A DNA stretch of 64,000 bases from Candidatus Krumholzibacteriota bacterium (lineage in GTDB: Bacteria; Krumholzibacteriota; Krumholzibacteriia; JAJRXK01). This document shows, one piece after another, positions 20,175 through 29,434 of this stretch (its first letter is position 1; each line of letters starts with the position of its first letter). A program made the translations under genes and the position numbers. Below the pieces are notes generated by a model that had not been told where the DNA came from, searched no databases, and saw nothing but the letters and a program-made list of their open reading frames with translations. The DNA is taken from positions 28,507-92,506 of the forward strand of contig CAWDWO010000009.1 of the NCBI GenBank assembly GCA_963806035.1, in the 5' to 3' direction.

Positions 20175-22163
20175 CTACGAGGGCCACGCCACTCGATACA
20201 CGAGAATGAGAATTACCAGCCCCGAAATCAGGCCGAGCAAATAGGTTTGAATCCGTCCGGTCTGCAGGCCCCGCAGCGCACTGCCAAAGCTGCGCAGCAG
20301 CTCGCCCGTACCGTTCACCAGTCCGTCGACCACGGCATTGTCGAAAGCGCCGACGAGCCAACCGAGTGCTCGCGTGAAGTAGCCCACGCCATTCACGATG
20401 CCGTCGACGATCAATTTGTCGAAGCCGGCAACGACCGAGGCCTTGGCCAGAGTTCCGCGAATGACGGTGTCGCGGTAGATCTCGTCGAACCAATACTTGT
20501 TCCACAGCAGGCGGTAGGCCCCCGGGAACGCGCGCTGCACGCGGGCACTGTCGATGAGCTTCGCCTTGTAAGTGAGCCAGGAAAGGAGAATCCCCAGGCC
20601 GGCGATGGCGAGCGAGGACCACATCGCAATGATGTGAGCGCTGTGATGCACTCCGTGCTCGGCGGATTCGTGCACGCCGGGATTCATCACGAAGCGGTGG
20701 AACCAGGCGGATCCCTGTGCGGTGAGCCCTCCCGCGACGACGGCGAGCGCCGCCAGCACCATGAGCGGAATCGCCATGCTCATGCCGACTTCGTGCGCGT
20801 GATCATACTTCTTCTCGTTGCGCGGCTTGCCGGTGAAGGTCATGAAGACGATGCGGAACATGTAGAAGGAGGTGAATCCGGCCGCGAGCAGTGACATTGC
20901 AAAGGGCAGCCAGTGAACCGGGTGCTCCATCCCGAAGGCGAGCGCCGCGGCCAGAATGGCGTCCTTGGAATAGAAGCCCGAGAACGGCGGCACCCCGGAG
21001 ATGGCCAGGGTGGCCAGGAGGAAAGTGGCGAAAGTGATGGGGAGCTTGTGCCTCAGTCCACCCATCTCGCGCATGTCCTGTTCGTGGTGCATGGCGTGGA
21101 TGACCGCCCCACTCCCCAAGAACAAAAGGGCCTTGAAGAAGGCGTGGGTGGTCAGGTGGAACATTCCCGCGAAGACACCGCCCACGCCCACCGCCATCAC
21201 CATGTATCCCAGCTGGCTGATGGTCGAGTAGGCCAGGCCGCGCTTGATGTCGGTCTGCACCACCGCCACCGTCGCCGCCCCCAATGCGGTGATCGCTCCC
21301 ACGTAAATGATGAAGAGCAGCGCGCTAGGGGTGAACAGGGGGAAGAGCCGCGCGATCATGTACACGCCGGCCGCGACCATGGTGGCGGCGTGGATGAGCG
21401 CGGAGACCGGAGTGGGGCCCTCCATCGCGTCGGGCAGCCAGATGTGCAGCGGAACCTGCGCGCTCTTGCCGATGCACCCCATGAAGAGCAGAACCCCGGC
21501 CGCGGTCAAAAGGCCGCCCGAGAGCACTCCGCTGTGCACGCTCTCGAAGATGTGGGTGTAGCCAAAACTACCTGTCGTCGTGAAGAAGATCAAAATCCCC
21601 AGCCAGAATCCGTAGTCGCCCACCCGATTGACCAAAAATGCCTTTTTCCCCGCATTGGCCGCCGAGGGTTTCTTGAAAAAGAAACCGATGAGGAGGTAGC
21701 TGGCCAAACCCACCAGCTCCCAGAAGATGTACAGGAAGAAGACATTGTTGCTGAGCACGATGCCCAGCATGGCGAAAGTGAACCAGCCCAAAAACGCGAA
21801 GTATCGCGCGTAGCGTTCGTCGCCCTTCATGTACCCCATCGAGAAGACATGCACCCAGAAGGAGATGGTGGTGACCACCACCAGCATGATGGATGTCATG
21901 CCGTCGACCAGGATGCCCGCGTCCACGTGGAAGCGCGCGATCTTGAACCAGGTCCAGCTCGCTTCGATTTTGTAGGCAGGATCGTCCAGGGCCCAGAAGT
22001 GGAAGAAGATGCGCAGCGAGAGGATCCAGGCGATGGCGAGCGCGGTCACTCCGATGAAATCACCGCGCCGCGGCAGCTTCTCCCCCAGGAAAAAGGTGAG
22101 AAGGTAACTGAGCAGCGGGAGCCCCAGGATGACGAGCGCCATTGTGATGATTTGTTGGTCCAC
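20175..22163 (-). CDS. nuoL: NADH-quinone oxidoreductase subunit L
   Basis: 'GKSAQVPLHIWLPDAMEGPTPVSALIHAATMV', 'HAFFKALLFLGSG'. Confidence 0.95.
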   Translation of the reverse strand: MDQQIITMALVILGLPLLSYLLTFFLGEKLPRRGDFIGVTALAIAWILSLRIFFHFWALDDPAYKIEASWTWFKIARFHVDAGILVDGMTSIMLVVVTTISFWVHVFSMGYMKGDERYARYFAFLGWFTFAMLGIVLSNNVFFLYIFWELVGLASYLLIGFFFKKPSAANAGKKAFLVNRVGDYGFWLGILIFFTTTGSFGYTHIFESVHSGVLSGGLLTAAGVLLFMGCIGKSAQVPLHIWLPDAMEGPTPVSALIHAATMVAAGVYMIARLFPLFTPSALLFIIYVGAITALGAATVAVVQTDIKRGLAYSTISQLGYMVMAVGVGGVFAGMFHLTTHAFFKALLFLGSGAVIHAMHHEQDMREMGGLRHKLPITFATFLLATLAISGVPPFSGFYSKDAILAAALAFGMEHPVHWLPFAMSLLAAGFTSFYMFRIVFMTFTGKPRNEKKYDHAHEVGMSMAIPLMVLAALAVVAGGLTAQGSAWFHRFVMNPGVHESAEHGVHHSAHIIAMWSSLAIAGLGILLSWLTYKAKLIDSARVQRAFPGAYRLLWNKYWFDEIYRDTVIRGTLAKASVVAGFDKLIVDGIVNGVGYFTRALGWLVGAFDNAVVDGLVNGTGELLRSFGSALRGLQTGRIQTYLLGLISGLVILILVYRVAWPS

Positions 22164-22174
22164 GGCCTGCGCCC

Positions 22175-22486
22175 CTAGTGCCTGAGACGGTCCACTTGCT
22201 CCACGTGGACGGTCTGAAAGTTACGAAAGATGGCCAAGACGATGGCCAAGGCAACCGCCGCTTCCGCCGCGGCCAAGACGATGATGAAAATGGTCATGAG
22301 CTGACCGCTCAGGTCCGCCGCGCCATACCTTCCGAAGGCCACGAAATTGAGCGCGGCCGAGTTCAGGATGAGTTCGACGCCCATGAGCATGACGATGGCA
22401 TTGCGGCGGCTCATCACGATGAACAGACCGAGTGCGAAGAGGATCGCCCCCAAAGTCAGATAGTGGACGAGGCCCACGTGCATCAC
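22175..22486 (-). CDS. nuoK: NADH-quinone oxidoreductase subunit K
   Basis: 'RRNAIVMLMGVELILN', 'AAAEAAVALA'. Confidence 0.95.
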   Translation of the reverse strand: MMHVGLVHYLTLGAILFALGLFIVMSRRNAIVMLMGVELILNSAALNFVAFGRYGAADLSGQLMTIFIIVLAAAEAAVALAIVLAIFRNFQTVHVEQVDRLRH

Positions 22487-22992
22487 CGGGTATCCTCCTT
22501 GTCTCGCTTTTCACGAATGATCATGGCGGCGCCGATCATCGCCACCAGCAAGAGGATGCTGGTGAACTCGAAGGGGAAGAGATACTGCGTCAGGATCTTC
22601 TGCCCGAGGGCGGCCGTGGTGGGTTGCGACTCGCCGAGTGTCGCCAGAGGCCACGCGGTCCGAAAGATGGTCAGAAGCATCAGGGCCAGTACCACGGCGG
22701 ACACCGCCAGAGCCGGGACGGGCTGAACGAGTTCGTCGTGCAACTTCGTGCTCATGATGCGGTTGGTCATCATGACCGCGAAGAGCACGAGGACGAGGAT
22801 GCCTCCCACGTAGACGACGATTTGAGTGATGGCCAAGAAGTCGGCGCCCAGAAAGAGGTACATGGCGCAGACACCCAAAAGCGCGAAGAGCAGCGACATC
22901 CCGCTGTGGACGACCGAGCGGCTGAAGGCGACGACCAGGCCGGCGGCGACGGTGATCGCGGCGAAGAGATACCAGATGAGATCTCCGGTCAC
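22483..22992 (-). CDS. nuoJ: NADH-quinone oxidoreductase subunit J
   Basis: GTG start overlapping the nuoI stop (GTGA); 'ADFLAITQIVVYVGGILVLVLFAVM', 'YLFPFEFTSILLLVAMIGA'. Confidence 0.93.
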   Translation of the reverse strand: MTGDLIWYLFAAITVAAGLVVAFSRSVVHSGMSLLFALLGVCAMYLFLGADFLAITQIVVYVGGILVLVLFAVMMTNRIMSTKLHDELVQPVPALAVSAVVLALMLLTIFRTAWPLATLGESQPTTAALGQKILTQYLFPFEFTSILLLVAMIGAAMIIREKRDKEDTR

Positions 22993-23495
22993 TGCTCTCC
23001 CCCTTCGACTTTCGTAGCGGAAGAAGCGGCGGGAGCCGAAGCGGCGTCCTCGTCCTTCTTCTTGGGTTCCTTGGGAATCTTGTAGGGCACCACGGGCTCG
23101 TCGACGTACTCGTACACCAGCCGGCTGCGCTTGTAGAGCGAGTGGTCGTAGTCGTGGCTCATCGTGATGCAGTTGGTCGGGCAGGGCTCGGTGCACAGAG
23201 AGCACCAGATGCATTTGTTGTAGTCGATCGCGAAGCGCGACATCGTCTTCTCTTTGCCCTTGCCCTCCATCTCGATGTAGATGCAATCGACCGGACAGGC
23301 CTTGGCGCAAAGCTGGCACGCCGTACAGCGCGGCACGTCGTTGTGAACGAAGCCCCGGAAACGTTCCGGCAGCGACCAGCGTTCGTCGGGGAACTGCTGC
23401 GTCACCGGTTTCTTGAAGAAGTACTTGATGGTGATCCGCATGCCCTTGGCGATCGAGCTCAGGCTTCGCTGGATGTCACCGGCTAATTTCACCAC
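22989..23495 (-). CDS. nuoI: NADH-quinone oxidoreductase subunit I (2x[4Fe-4S])
   Basis: 'CTACQLCAKACP' and 'CIWCSLCTEPCP' motifs, 'RFRG'. Confidence 0.95.
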   Translation of the reverse strand: MVKLAGDIQRSLSSIAKGMRITIKYFFKKPVTQQFPDERWSLPERFRGFVHNDVPRCTACQLCAKACPVDCIYIEMEGKGKEKTMSRFAIDYNKCIWCSLCTEPCPTNCITMSHDYDHSLYKRSRLVYEYVDEPVVPYKIPKEPKKKDEDAASAPAASSATKVEGGEQ

Positions 23496-23525
23496 TTCGT
23501 CCTCGCTTGAGGCGCCTGCGCGCGC

Positions 23526-24572
23526 CTAGAACAAGACTTTCAAAAGACCAAAGACCAAGAGCAACACCAACACGATGGGAAGGAGCACCTTCCAACACAC
23601 CGACATCAGTTGGTCCACCCGCAGGCGCGGCAGGGTCCAGCGCAGCCACATCTGCAAGAACACCACGAGCACGCTCTTGCCCACGAAAATTACTGGCGCG
23701 GGAATGACGCGATCCAGCGCCGGCACGCCGGAATTCCAGCCGCCCAAGAAGACGGCCACCGCGATGGCCGCCACCGCGAACATGTCCGCGTACTCGCCCA
23801 GCATGAAGAAGGCGAATTTCATCCCCGTGTACTCGGTGTGGTATCCCGCCACCAGCTCCGATTCGGATTCCGGCAAGTCGAAAGGAATCCGGTTGACCTC
23901 GGCCAGAGAGGCGATGAGGTAGATCACGAAGCTCAAGAGCAGAAGAGGATGAAAAACGTGCCACTGCCAGATCCAACCGCTCTGGGCCTGGGTGATGACG
24001 CCCAGGTTCAAGCTGCCGGTGGTCATCACCACGGGAATCACCGCCAAAGCCAGCGGAATCTCGTAGGAGACGACCTGGGCCGCTCCGCGCATCGCTCCGT
24101 AGAGGGCCCACTTGTTGTTGCTGCCCCAGCCCGCCATGATGATTCCGATGACGACCAGACTGCTGGTGGCGAAGGCGTAGAAGAGCCCCACGTCCAACTT
24201 CGCGCCCACGAAGCTCGGACCGAAGGGAAGCACCACGAAGGTGAGGAAAGCTCCGGTGAAACAGACCACCGGCGCGGCTCGCCACAGAATCTTGTCTGCG
24301 CTGGCGGGCGCGATATCCTCCTTGAGCAGAAACTTGATCCCATCGGCGATCGGCTGGAGGATGCCGTGCCAGTGCCCCACGTACATCGGGCCGTAGCGGG
24401 ATTGCATGAAACCGGCGACCTTCCGCTCCGCCAGGCTGAAGATCATCACCGCGACGGCGACGCCGGCCAAAATGATCACCGCGATCGTGAGCATCGCCAT
24501 GCCCTGAAGGAGCGGCTGCGGCCATCCCGCGAAGATCCCCATGCTCTTGAACGCTGCGTAGAAGAATTCCAA
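23526..24572 (-). CDS. nuoH: NADH-quinone oxidoreductase subunit H
   Basis: 'ERKVAGFMQSRYGP', 'LQPIADGIK', 'NRIPFDLPESESELVAGYHTEY', 'PRLRVDQLM'. Confidence 0.95.
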   Translation of the reverse strand: MEFFYAAFKSMGIFAGWPQPLLQGMAMLTIAVIILAGVAVAVMIFSLAERKVAGFMQSRYGPMYVGHWHGILQPIADGIKFLLKEDIAPASADKILWRAAPVVCFTGAFLTFVVLPFGPSFVGAKLDVGLFYAFATSSLVVIGIIMAGWGSNNKWALYGAMRGAAQVVSYEIPLALAVIPVVMTTGSLNLGVITQAQSGWIWQWHVFHPLLLLSFVIYLIASLAEVNRIPFDLPESESELVAGYHTEYTGMKFAFFMLGEYADMFAVAAIAVAVFLGGWNSGVPALDRVIPAPVIFVGKSVLVVFLQMWLRWTLPRLRVDQLMSVCWKVLLPIVLVLLLVFGLLKVLF

Positions 24573-24620
24573 GGCTGCCTTCGTCTCCTCTTTGCCCGGA
24601 CCCGAGGGTCCCGCGGGCGC

Positions 24621-25814
24621 CTATCGGTCGATCTCTCCCAAGACCAGATCCAGGGACCCCACGGTGGCCACGAGGTCGGAGATCATCTGACCTCGGCCCA
24701 CTTTCTCGATGACGCTCAAGTTGTGAATCGATGGGCTGCGCGTCTTGCAGCGGAACGGCACCGTCCCCCCGTCCGAAACGATCCAAAAGCCGAGTTCGCC
24801 CTTCGGGTTCTCCGCGCGGAAGTAGATTTCGCCGGGGGGAATCTTGAGGTTCTTGGGCATCTCCGCCATCACCTCGCCGCGCTTGGGCATTTGCTCGATG
24901 GCCTGGGCGACGATGCGGGTGGACTGTTCCATTTCATCCATACGCACTTTGTACCGATCCCAGCAGTCGCCCACCGTTCCCATCTTGCCGCTGCCCACCG
25001 CCGTCTCGAAATCGAAGCGGTCGTAGATGCTGTAGGGCTCGTCTTTCCTCAGATCGAAATTGACTCCGGCGCCGCGAAGCACGGGACCGCTGCATCCGTA
25101 GTCGATGGCGTCCTGTCGATTGATCACGCCGACTCTCGCGGTGCGCTGGATGAAGATCTCGTTGGTGGAGAGTAGAGTGTCGTACTCCTTCAGCTTCTTG
25201 GGGAACATCTCCACGAAGAGTTTGATCTCCTCCATGGCATCGTCGGGGATGTCCCACTTCACTCCGCCCACGTCGTAGTAGGTATACATGAGGCGCGCGC
25301 CGCAGATTTTCTCGAAGATGTTGAGTATGGCCTCGCGCTCTCGAATGGCGTGGAGGAAGGGCGTGAATGCGCCGATGTCCAGACCATAGGTTCCGAAGGC
25401 GATGAGATGGCTCGCGATACGGTTGAGCTCGCCCACGATCACCCGCACGTATTCCGCATACTCGGGGATGACGACTTCCATCTCCGTCTCGCGCATCAAG
25501 GCCTCGACCGCAAGACAGTAGGTCCAGTTGCAGTTCATGGCCGCGAGGTAGTCCATGCGGTCGGTGTAGAGCACGTACTGATGGTAGGTGTTTCCCTCGG
25601 CGATCTTCTCCGCGCAGCGGTGCAAATACCCCAGGTAGGGAACCACTTCGTTGACGATCTCTCCGTCGGTGGTGACGAAGAGTCGCAGCACCCCGTGAGT
25701 CGCCGGGTGCTGGGGACCCATGTTGATGTGCAGGAGCTGACTCTTCAGCGGCCGCGCCGTGTCATCGCTGCGCTCGACGGCCAGCTTGGTCGTGTCGCTC
25801 GGGTTGCGCGTCAT
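24621..25814 (-). CDS. nuoD: NADH-quinone oxidoreductase subunit D
   Basis: 'NMGPQHPATHGVLRL', 'GYLHR', 'DRMDY', 'ENPKGELG', C-terminal 'DLVLGEIDR'; no NiFe CxxC pairs. Confidence 0.95.
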   Translation of the reverse strand: MTRNPSDTTKLAVERSDDTARPLKSQLLHINMGPQHPATHGVLRLFVTTDGEIVNEVVPYLGYLHRCAEKIAEGNTYHQYVLYTDRMDYLAAMNCNWTYCLAVEALMRETEMEVVIPEYAEYVRVIVGELNRIASHLIAFGTYGLDIGAFTPFLHAIREREAILNIFEKICGARLMYTYYDVGGVKWDIPDDAMEEIKLFVEMFPKKLKEYDTLLSTNEIFIQRTARVGVINRQDAIDYGCSGPVLRGAGVNFDLRKDEPYSIYDRFDFETAVGSGKMGTVGDCWDRYKVRMDEMEQSTRIVAQAIEQMPKRGEVMAEMPKNLKIPPGEIYFRAENPKGELGFWIVSDGGTVPFRCKTRSPSIHNLSVIEKVGRGQMISDLVATVGSLDLVLGEIDR

Positions 25815-26410
25815 TCCTCTTCCGCCCCCCTCTTCTCACGAACCGCCAATGGGAGACCTTCCAGGGGCACCCCCTGCCACTCCTTGGGCATCTGATAGTC
25901 TTTGCGAAGGGGCCAGCCCTCCCAGTCCTCGGGCAAGAGGAGCCGGCGCAGGTCCGGATGTCCTTCGAACTCGATCCCGTACATGTCGTAGGCCTCGCGC
26001 TCGTGCCAGAGAGCGGTGGGCCAGACCGAACTCACGCTGGCGACTTTGGGATTCTCGCGGCTGACCCTGACCTTCAGAACGAAACGTTCGCGCGCGCTGA
26101 GATTTTCCAGGTGATAGGACATTCCCAAGTTCCCGGTGGCCGGCTCCACGACCGGCTGGACCTTGCCGTCCTCGCTGTACTGCGCGATTGCCCGGTGCTT
26201 GCCGCGGCCTTTTTCATCCCAGCCTTCGAAGTCGATTCCGGCCGCGATGAGCAGGCGGTCGAAGCCCAGCTCCTCGCGCAGCACCCGCGCGACCTCACGC
26301 ATGCGCGAAGCATCGATTTCCAGGTAGGGTTCGCCCAAATCGAATTCGCTGCTCAATACCGCTTTGGGGCAGCGCTTCTCGATGAGTTCTCGGATTTCCG
26401 CAGGCGACAT
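25811..26410 (-). CDS. nuoC: NADH-quinone oxidoreductase subunit C (with internal insertion)
   Basis: 'WHEREAYDMYGIEFEGHPDLRRLLLPEDWEGWPLRKDY'; ATG at 26410 chosen. Confidence 0.92.
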   Translation of the reverse strand: MSPAEIRELIEKRCPKAVLSSEFDLGEPYLEIDASRMREVARVLREELGFDRLLIAAGIDFEGWDEKGRGKHRAIAQYSEDGKVQPVVEPATGNLGMSYHLENLSARERFVLKVRVSRENPKVASVSSVWPTALWHEREAYDMYGIEFEGHPDLRRLLLPEDWEGWPLRKDYQMPKEWQGVPLEGLPLAVREKRGAEEE

Positions 26411-26435
26411 TGAGTTCGCTCCAAGATCTTCGCGA

Positions 26436-27068
26436 TCAATCGGGGATGGTGGTGATGTACTGATCGACCCACTTCGGCTTGCGCCACTTGCCCTTCTTCC
26501 CGCGGATCTTGTCCTGCAGGCGCATGAGGCCGTCGAGCAGTACTTCGGGGCGCGGAGGACATCCCGGGACGTACACGTCGACCGGCACCATGAGATCGAC
26601 ACCCTTCACCACGTGGTAGCCGTACTTGAAGTAAGGTCCGCCGCCGATCGCGCAGCTTCCCATGGCGATGACCCACTTGGGATCGGGCATCTGGTCGTAG
26701 AGGCGCTTGATTCGCAGCGCCATCTTGGCCGTCACCGTTCCCGAGACGATCATCAAATCGGTTTGCCGCGGAGTGCCGCGCATGGCGCCCGCGCCGAATC
26801 GATCCATGTCGTAGCGCGTGCCCGCGGCCGACATCATCTCGATCGCGCAGCAGGCCAACCCGAAGGTCATGGGCCAGATGCTCCACAGGCGCGCCCAGCG
26901 AAACAACTCGTCCACCTTGCCCAGCATCACGTTGGAGGGCCCTGGCTCGGAAACGTCCTTCAAGTCCTCGTCGATCTTGAAGTCGAGCATGTGCTCCCAC
27001 TTGGCGGGATCGCGCTCGATGTGGGGACCCTGCAGCCAAACCGGAGCCTTGGATTCATCCGACATCAC
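26436..27068 (-). CDS. nuoB: NADH-quinone oxidoreductase subunit B
   Basis: '[10 protein letters not shown]', 'WVIAMGSCA', '[13 protein letters not shown]'. Confidence 0.95.
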   Translation of the reverse strand: MMSDESKAPVWLQGPHIERDPAKWEHMLDFKIDEDLKDVSEPGPSNVMLGKVDELFRWARLWSIWPMTFGLACCAIEMMSAAGTRYDMDRFGAGAMRGTPRQTDLMIVSGTVTAKMALRIKRLYDQMPDPKWVIAMGSCAIGGGPYFKYGYHVVKGVDLMVPVDVYVPGCPPRPEVLLDGLMRLQDKIRGKKGKWRKPKWVDQYITTIPD

Positions 27069-27551
27069 TCACACCCCCTCCGGCTTGGCGCTCTTGTGGG
27101 CCGAGTGCGCATCGGCGGGATACTGCCCCGAGCTGTACCAGGAGAGGGATTCCACCTCGTCCTCGTCGCGGGGCGCCAGGCTTTTCACCCAGGCCAGGTC
27201 GCCCTTGGCCCAGACGTAGGCCAGACCGACCAGGAGGATGGCCACGAAGAGCACCATCTCCCAAAACACGAAGCTGCCCATCTGGGCCAGCATGTCCTTG
27301 AAGACCACGGCCCAGGGCAGAAGGAAGACCACCTCGACGTCGAATACGATGAAGAAGAGGGCCACCAGGTAGAAGCGCACGTTGAAGCGAACCCAGGGAG
27401 ATCCCTCCGGAACTTCACCGCACTCATAGGCCATTTCGTCTTTGCGCGAACGCACGCGCGGCCGCAGCGCCCAGGAGATCGCCAGGGTGATGACGGCGAA
27501 GCCCACCGAGAGCGCGAGAAAGACCAGAACGGTTGCGAAGCGACTGAGCAC
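27069..27551 (-). CDS. nuoA: NADH-quinone oxidoreductase subunit A (with C-terminal extension)
   Basis: 'YECGEVP', 'RFYLVALFFIVFDVEVVFLLPWA', 'WAKGDLAW'; GTG start after AAGGA. Confidence 0.92.
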   Translation of the reverse strand: MLSRFATVLVFLALSVGFAVITLAISWALRPRVRSRKDEMAYECGEVPEGSPWVRFNVRFYLVALFFIVFDVEVVFLLPWAVVFKDMLAQMGSFVFWEMVLFVAILLVGLAYVWAKGDLAWVKSLAPRDEDEVESLSWYSSGQYPADAHSAHKSAKPEGV

Positions 27552-27651
27552 CTTGATCGTTCCTTTGGACGGGCTCCTCAGCAGATTGCGCGAGAATCGG
27601 ACCCGCGTCCCCTCGAGGAGAGCATCCATATAGAGCCCGCTTGCGAACTCA

Positions 27652-27737
27652 AGTCAAGCATGCATGAGCATCCATGCAAGCCGGGCCAAAACCCCTGGAT
27701 CGCGCCAGTCAATTCGACTACCATCAAATCGTCGAAT
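27652..27737. promoter_or_regulatory. Divergent nuoA/ArsR control region: TTGACT -35 element (minus) and two inverted repeats
   Basis: TGCATG-N6-CATGCA at 27661-27678; ATTCGAC-N12-GTCGAAT at 27712-27737. Confidence 0.4.
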
Positions 27738-27843
27738 CGAAGCCGGGGGCGGCGGGCGAAACGGGTCTCTTCTGGCCCGCTACCAGGCCCGCTGCCAATG
27801 CCCGCTCAATGATAGAAGCGCGCAGCCCGAGGCCAAGCCCGCG

Positions 27844-28422
27844 ATGAACCCCAAGGGCGAAATGCAATTCCTCACCGAGGCCCTGCGGGTCCTCAACGAG
27901 CCCGCACGGCTGAAAATGGTGGGCCTTTTGGCCATGCGCCCGCGCTATGGCGAGGAGCTGGCGGAGATTCTCGAGCTTTCCCCGGCCACGATCTCGCACC
28001 ATCTGCGGCGTCTGCGAGAGGGCAAACTCATCCGCTCGGTCAAGGAGCCGCCCTACATTCGCTATGAATTGCTGCCCGAGGTGCTCCCGCGCCTGGGCCA
28101 GCTCCTGGAAAGGGCCGGGGAGTGGGCCGCCGCCTTCGGGCTTCCCAGCGAGGAAGTGCTGACCCAGCAGGCCCTGCGCGGCGTGCTGGACGAGGAGGGG
28201 CGCGTGACCCGGCTTCCCCGGTCGCCGCGCCACCGTACGCTGGTGCTGCGCTGGATCGTCCTGCGCTTTCAGTCGGGGAGGATCTACCCTCAGCGCGAGG
28301 TGCGACGCATCCTGATGGAGGTGTGCCGCGACGAGGAGGACGTGCTGCGGGAACTGGTGGCGCGCGGCTGGCTGCAGCAGAAGGGCGGGGTGATGCGCCG
28401 CACCGAGGAGGTCCCCGCATGA
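27844..28422 (+). CDS. ArsR/SmtB wHTH regulator with C-terminal DUF2087
   Basis: 'RLKMVGLL...ELAEILELSPATISHHLRRL'; C-terminal 'RLPRSPRHRTLVLRWI...YPQREV...LRELV'. Confidence 0.8.
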   Translation: MNPKGEMQFLTEALRVLNEPARLKMVGLLAMRPRYGEELAEILELSPATISHHLRRLREGKLIRSVKEPPYIRYELLPEVLPRLGQLLERAGEWAAAFGLPSEEVLTQQALRGVLDEEGRVTRLPRSPRHRTLVLRWIVLRFQSGRIYPQREVRRILMEVCRDEEDVLRELVARGWLQQKGGVMRRTEEVPA

Positions 28423-28838
28423 TCCGGGTCGTTGCGGTGGGAAAGCTCAAGGCGCGCTACTACCGCGAGGCGGTGGCGGAGTACGAACGACGCATTCGTC
28501 GCTTCGCACGCGTGCAGCTGCTCGAAGTCCCCGATCGCGAGCCGCAGAGCGAGGGCCAGAGCCTGCTGGCGGCGGCCCGGGGAGAACCCCTGGTGGCGCT
28601 GGACGTGCGGGGAGAAGCCTGGGACACGCCCGCATTCGCGCGCTTCTTGAGCCACAACGCCAGCCCGTGCTTTCTGGTGGGCGGGCCGGACGGACTGAGC
28701 CAGGAGCTGCTGCGCGGTGTCGCCCGGCGCCTCAGCCTCAGCCCTCTCACCCTTCCCCACGAACTGGCCCGCCTCGTCCTCACAGAGCAAATCTACCGCG
28801 CTCTGACTATCCTGAAAGGACACCCCTACCACCGCTGA
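28419..28838 (+). CDS. rlmH: 23S rRNA m3Psi1915 methyltransferase
   Basis: 'MIRVVAVGKLK', 'FLVGGPDGL', 'LSLSPLTLPHELARLVLTEQIYRA...GHPYHR'; ATGA overlap. Confidence 0.93.
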   Translation: MIRVVAVGKLKARYYREAVAEYERRIRRFARVQLLEVPDREPQSEGQSLLAAARGEPLVALDVRGEAWDTPAFARFLSHNASPCFLVGGPDGLSQELLRGVARRLSLSPLTLPHELARLVLTEQIYRALTILKGHPYHR

Positions 28839-28894
28839 GCGCGCCCCCCCGCGCCCTATCCTTCAGCCTCAAGCCCTGAAGGCCGGAGATCCCC

Positions 28895-29206
28895 ATGGAG
28901 AAGCCCTACCGCTATCACCTCCTTCCCTGCGCGGGACCCCGCTGCGGCGCCAAAACCGGCGAGCGTTTCAAGCGCCAGCTGAAGGAGCTTTTGCCCGATC
29001 GCAAGGCCCTCGGGGTGCGGATCAGCACCACCAGCTGCCAGGGACTCTGCGAGCACGGCCCCAACCTCTGCGTATACCCCGAAGGCGTTGTCTACCACCG
29101 ACTTGGCCCCGAGGATCTGCCACGCATCGTGGACGAGCACATCCGCGGCGGCTGTCCGGTGCGCGAGATCATGGCGCGCCGTGGCGAGGACCCCAAAGAC
29201 GAGTGA
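28895..29206 (+). CDS. Thioredoxin-like [2Fe-2S] ferredoxin (NuoE-C-like)
   Basis: 'CAGPRC...SCQGLCEHGPNLCVYPEGVVY...IVDEHI..G'. Confidence 0.88.
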   Translation: MEKPYRYHLLPCAGPRCGAKTGERFKRQLKELLPDRKALGVRISTTSCQGLCEHGPNLCVYPEGVVYHRLGPEDLPRIVDEHIRGGCPVREIMARRGEDPKDE

Positions 29207-29434
29207 GAAGACGTCCATTTGGTCCGGTTTTGGACCGTTCCTTGCTGCCACGAGGCAGCGCCGGGAATCCGGGGGGATTCCTGGCAACTTGCGCCATGTT
29301 CGGAAGTGCTGGGGCTCGCGCTGCACGATGCGGCCGCACTTCCGCATTCATCCTGCAAGTCTCGCGGAACTCAGCGAGGAATCAGAGTCCGCGGGCTTTA
29401 TGGACAGAAACTCTGACAGGGGATCTCGCCAACC

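Noticed and set aside
15582..20894. 1770-aa plus-strand ORF
   Set aside because: It is the antisense shadow of nuoL/M/N and the beta-helix gene. High-GC codon bias removes stops on the opposite strand, and it has no motifs. The same applies to other long antisense ORFs such as 23610-25175, 30940-32862, 34577-36115 and 44306-46039.
24621..27068. Group 4 [NiFe]-hydrogenase
   Set aside because: The large subunit lacks both CxxC nickel-binding motifs and ends in the NuoD-type 'GEIDR'.
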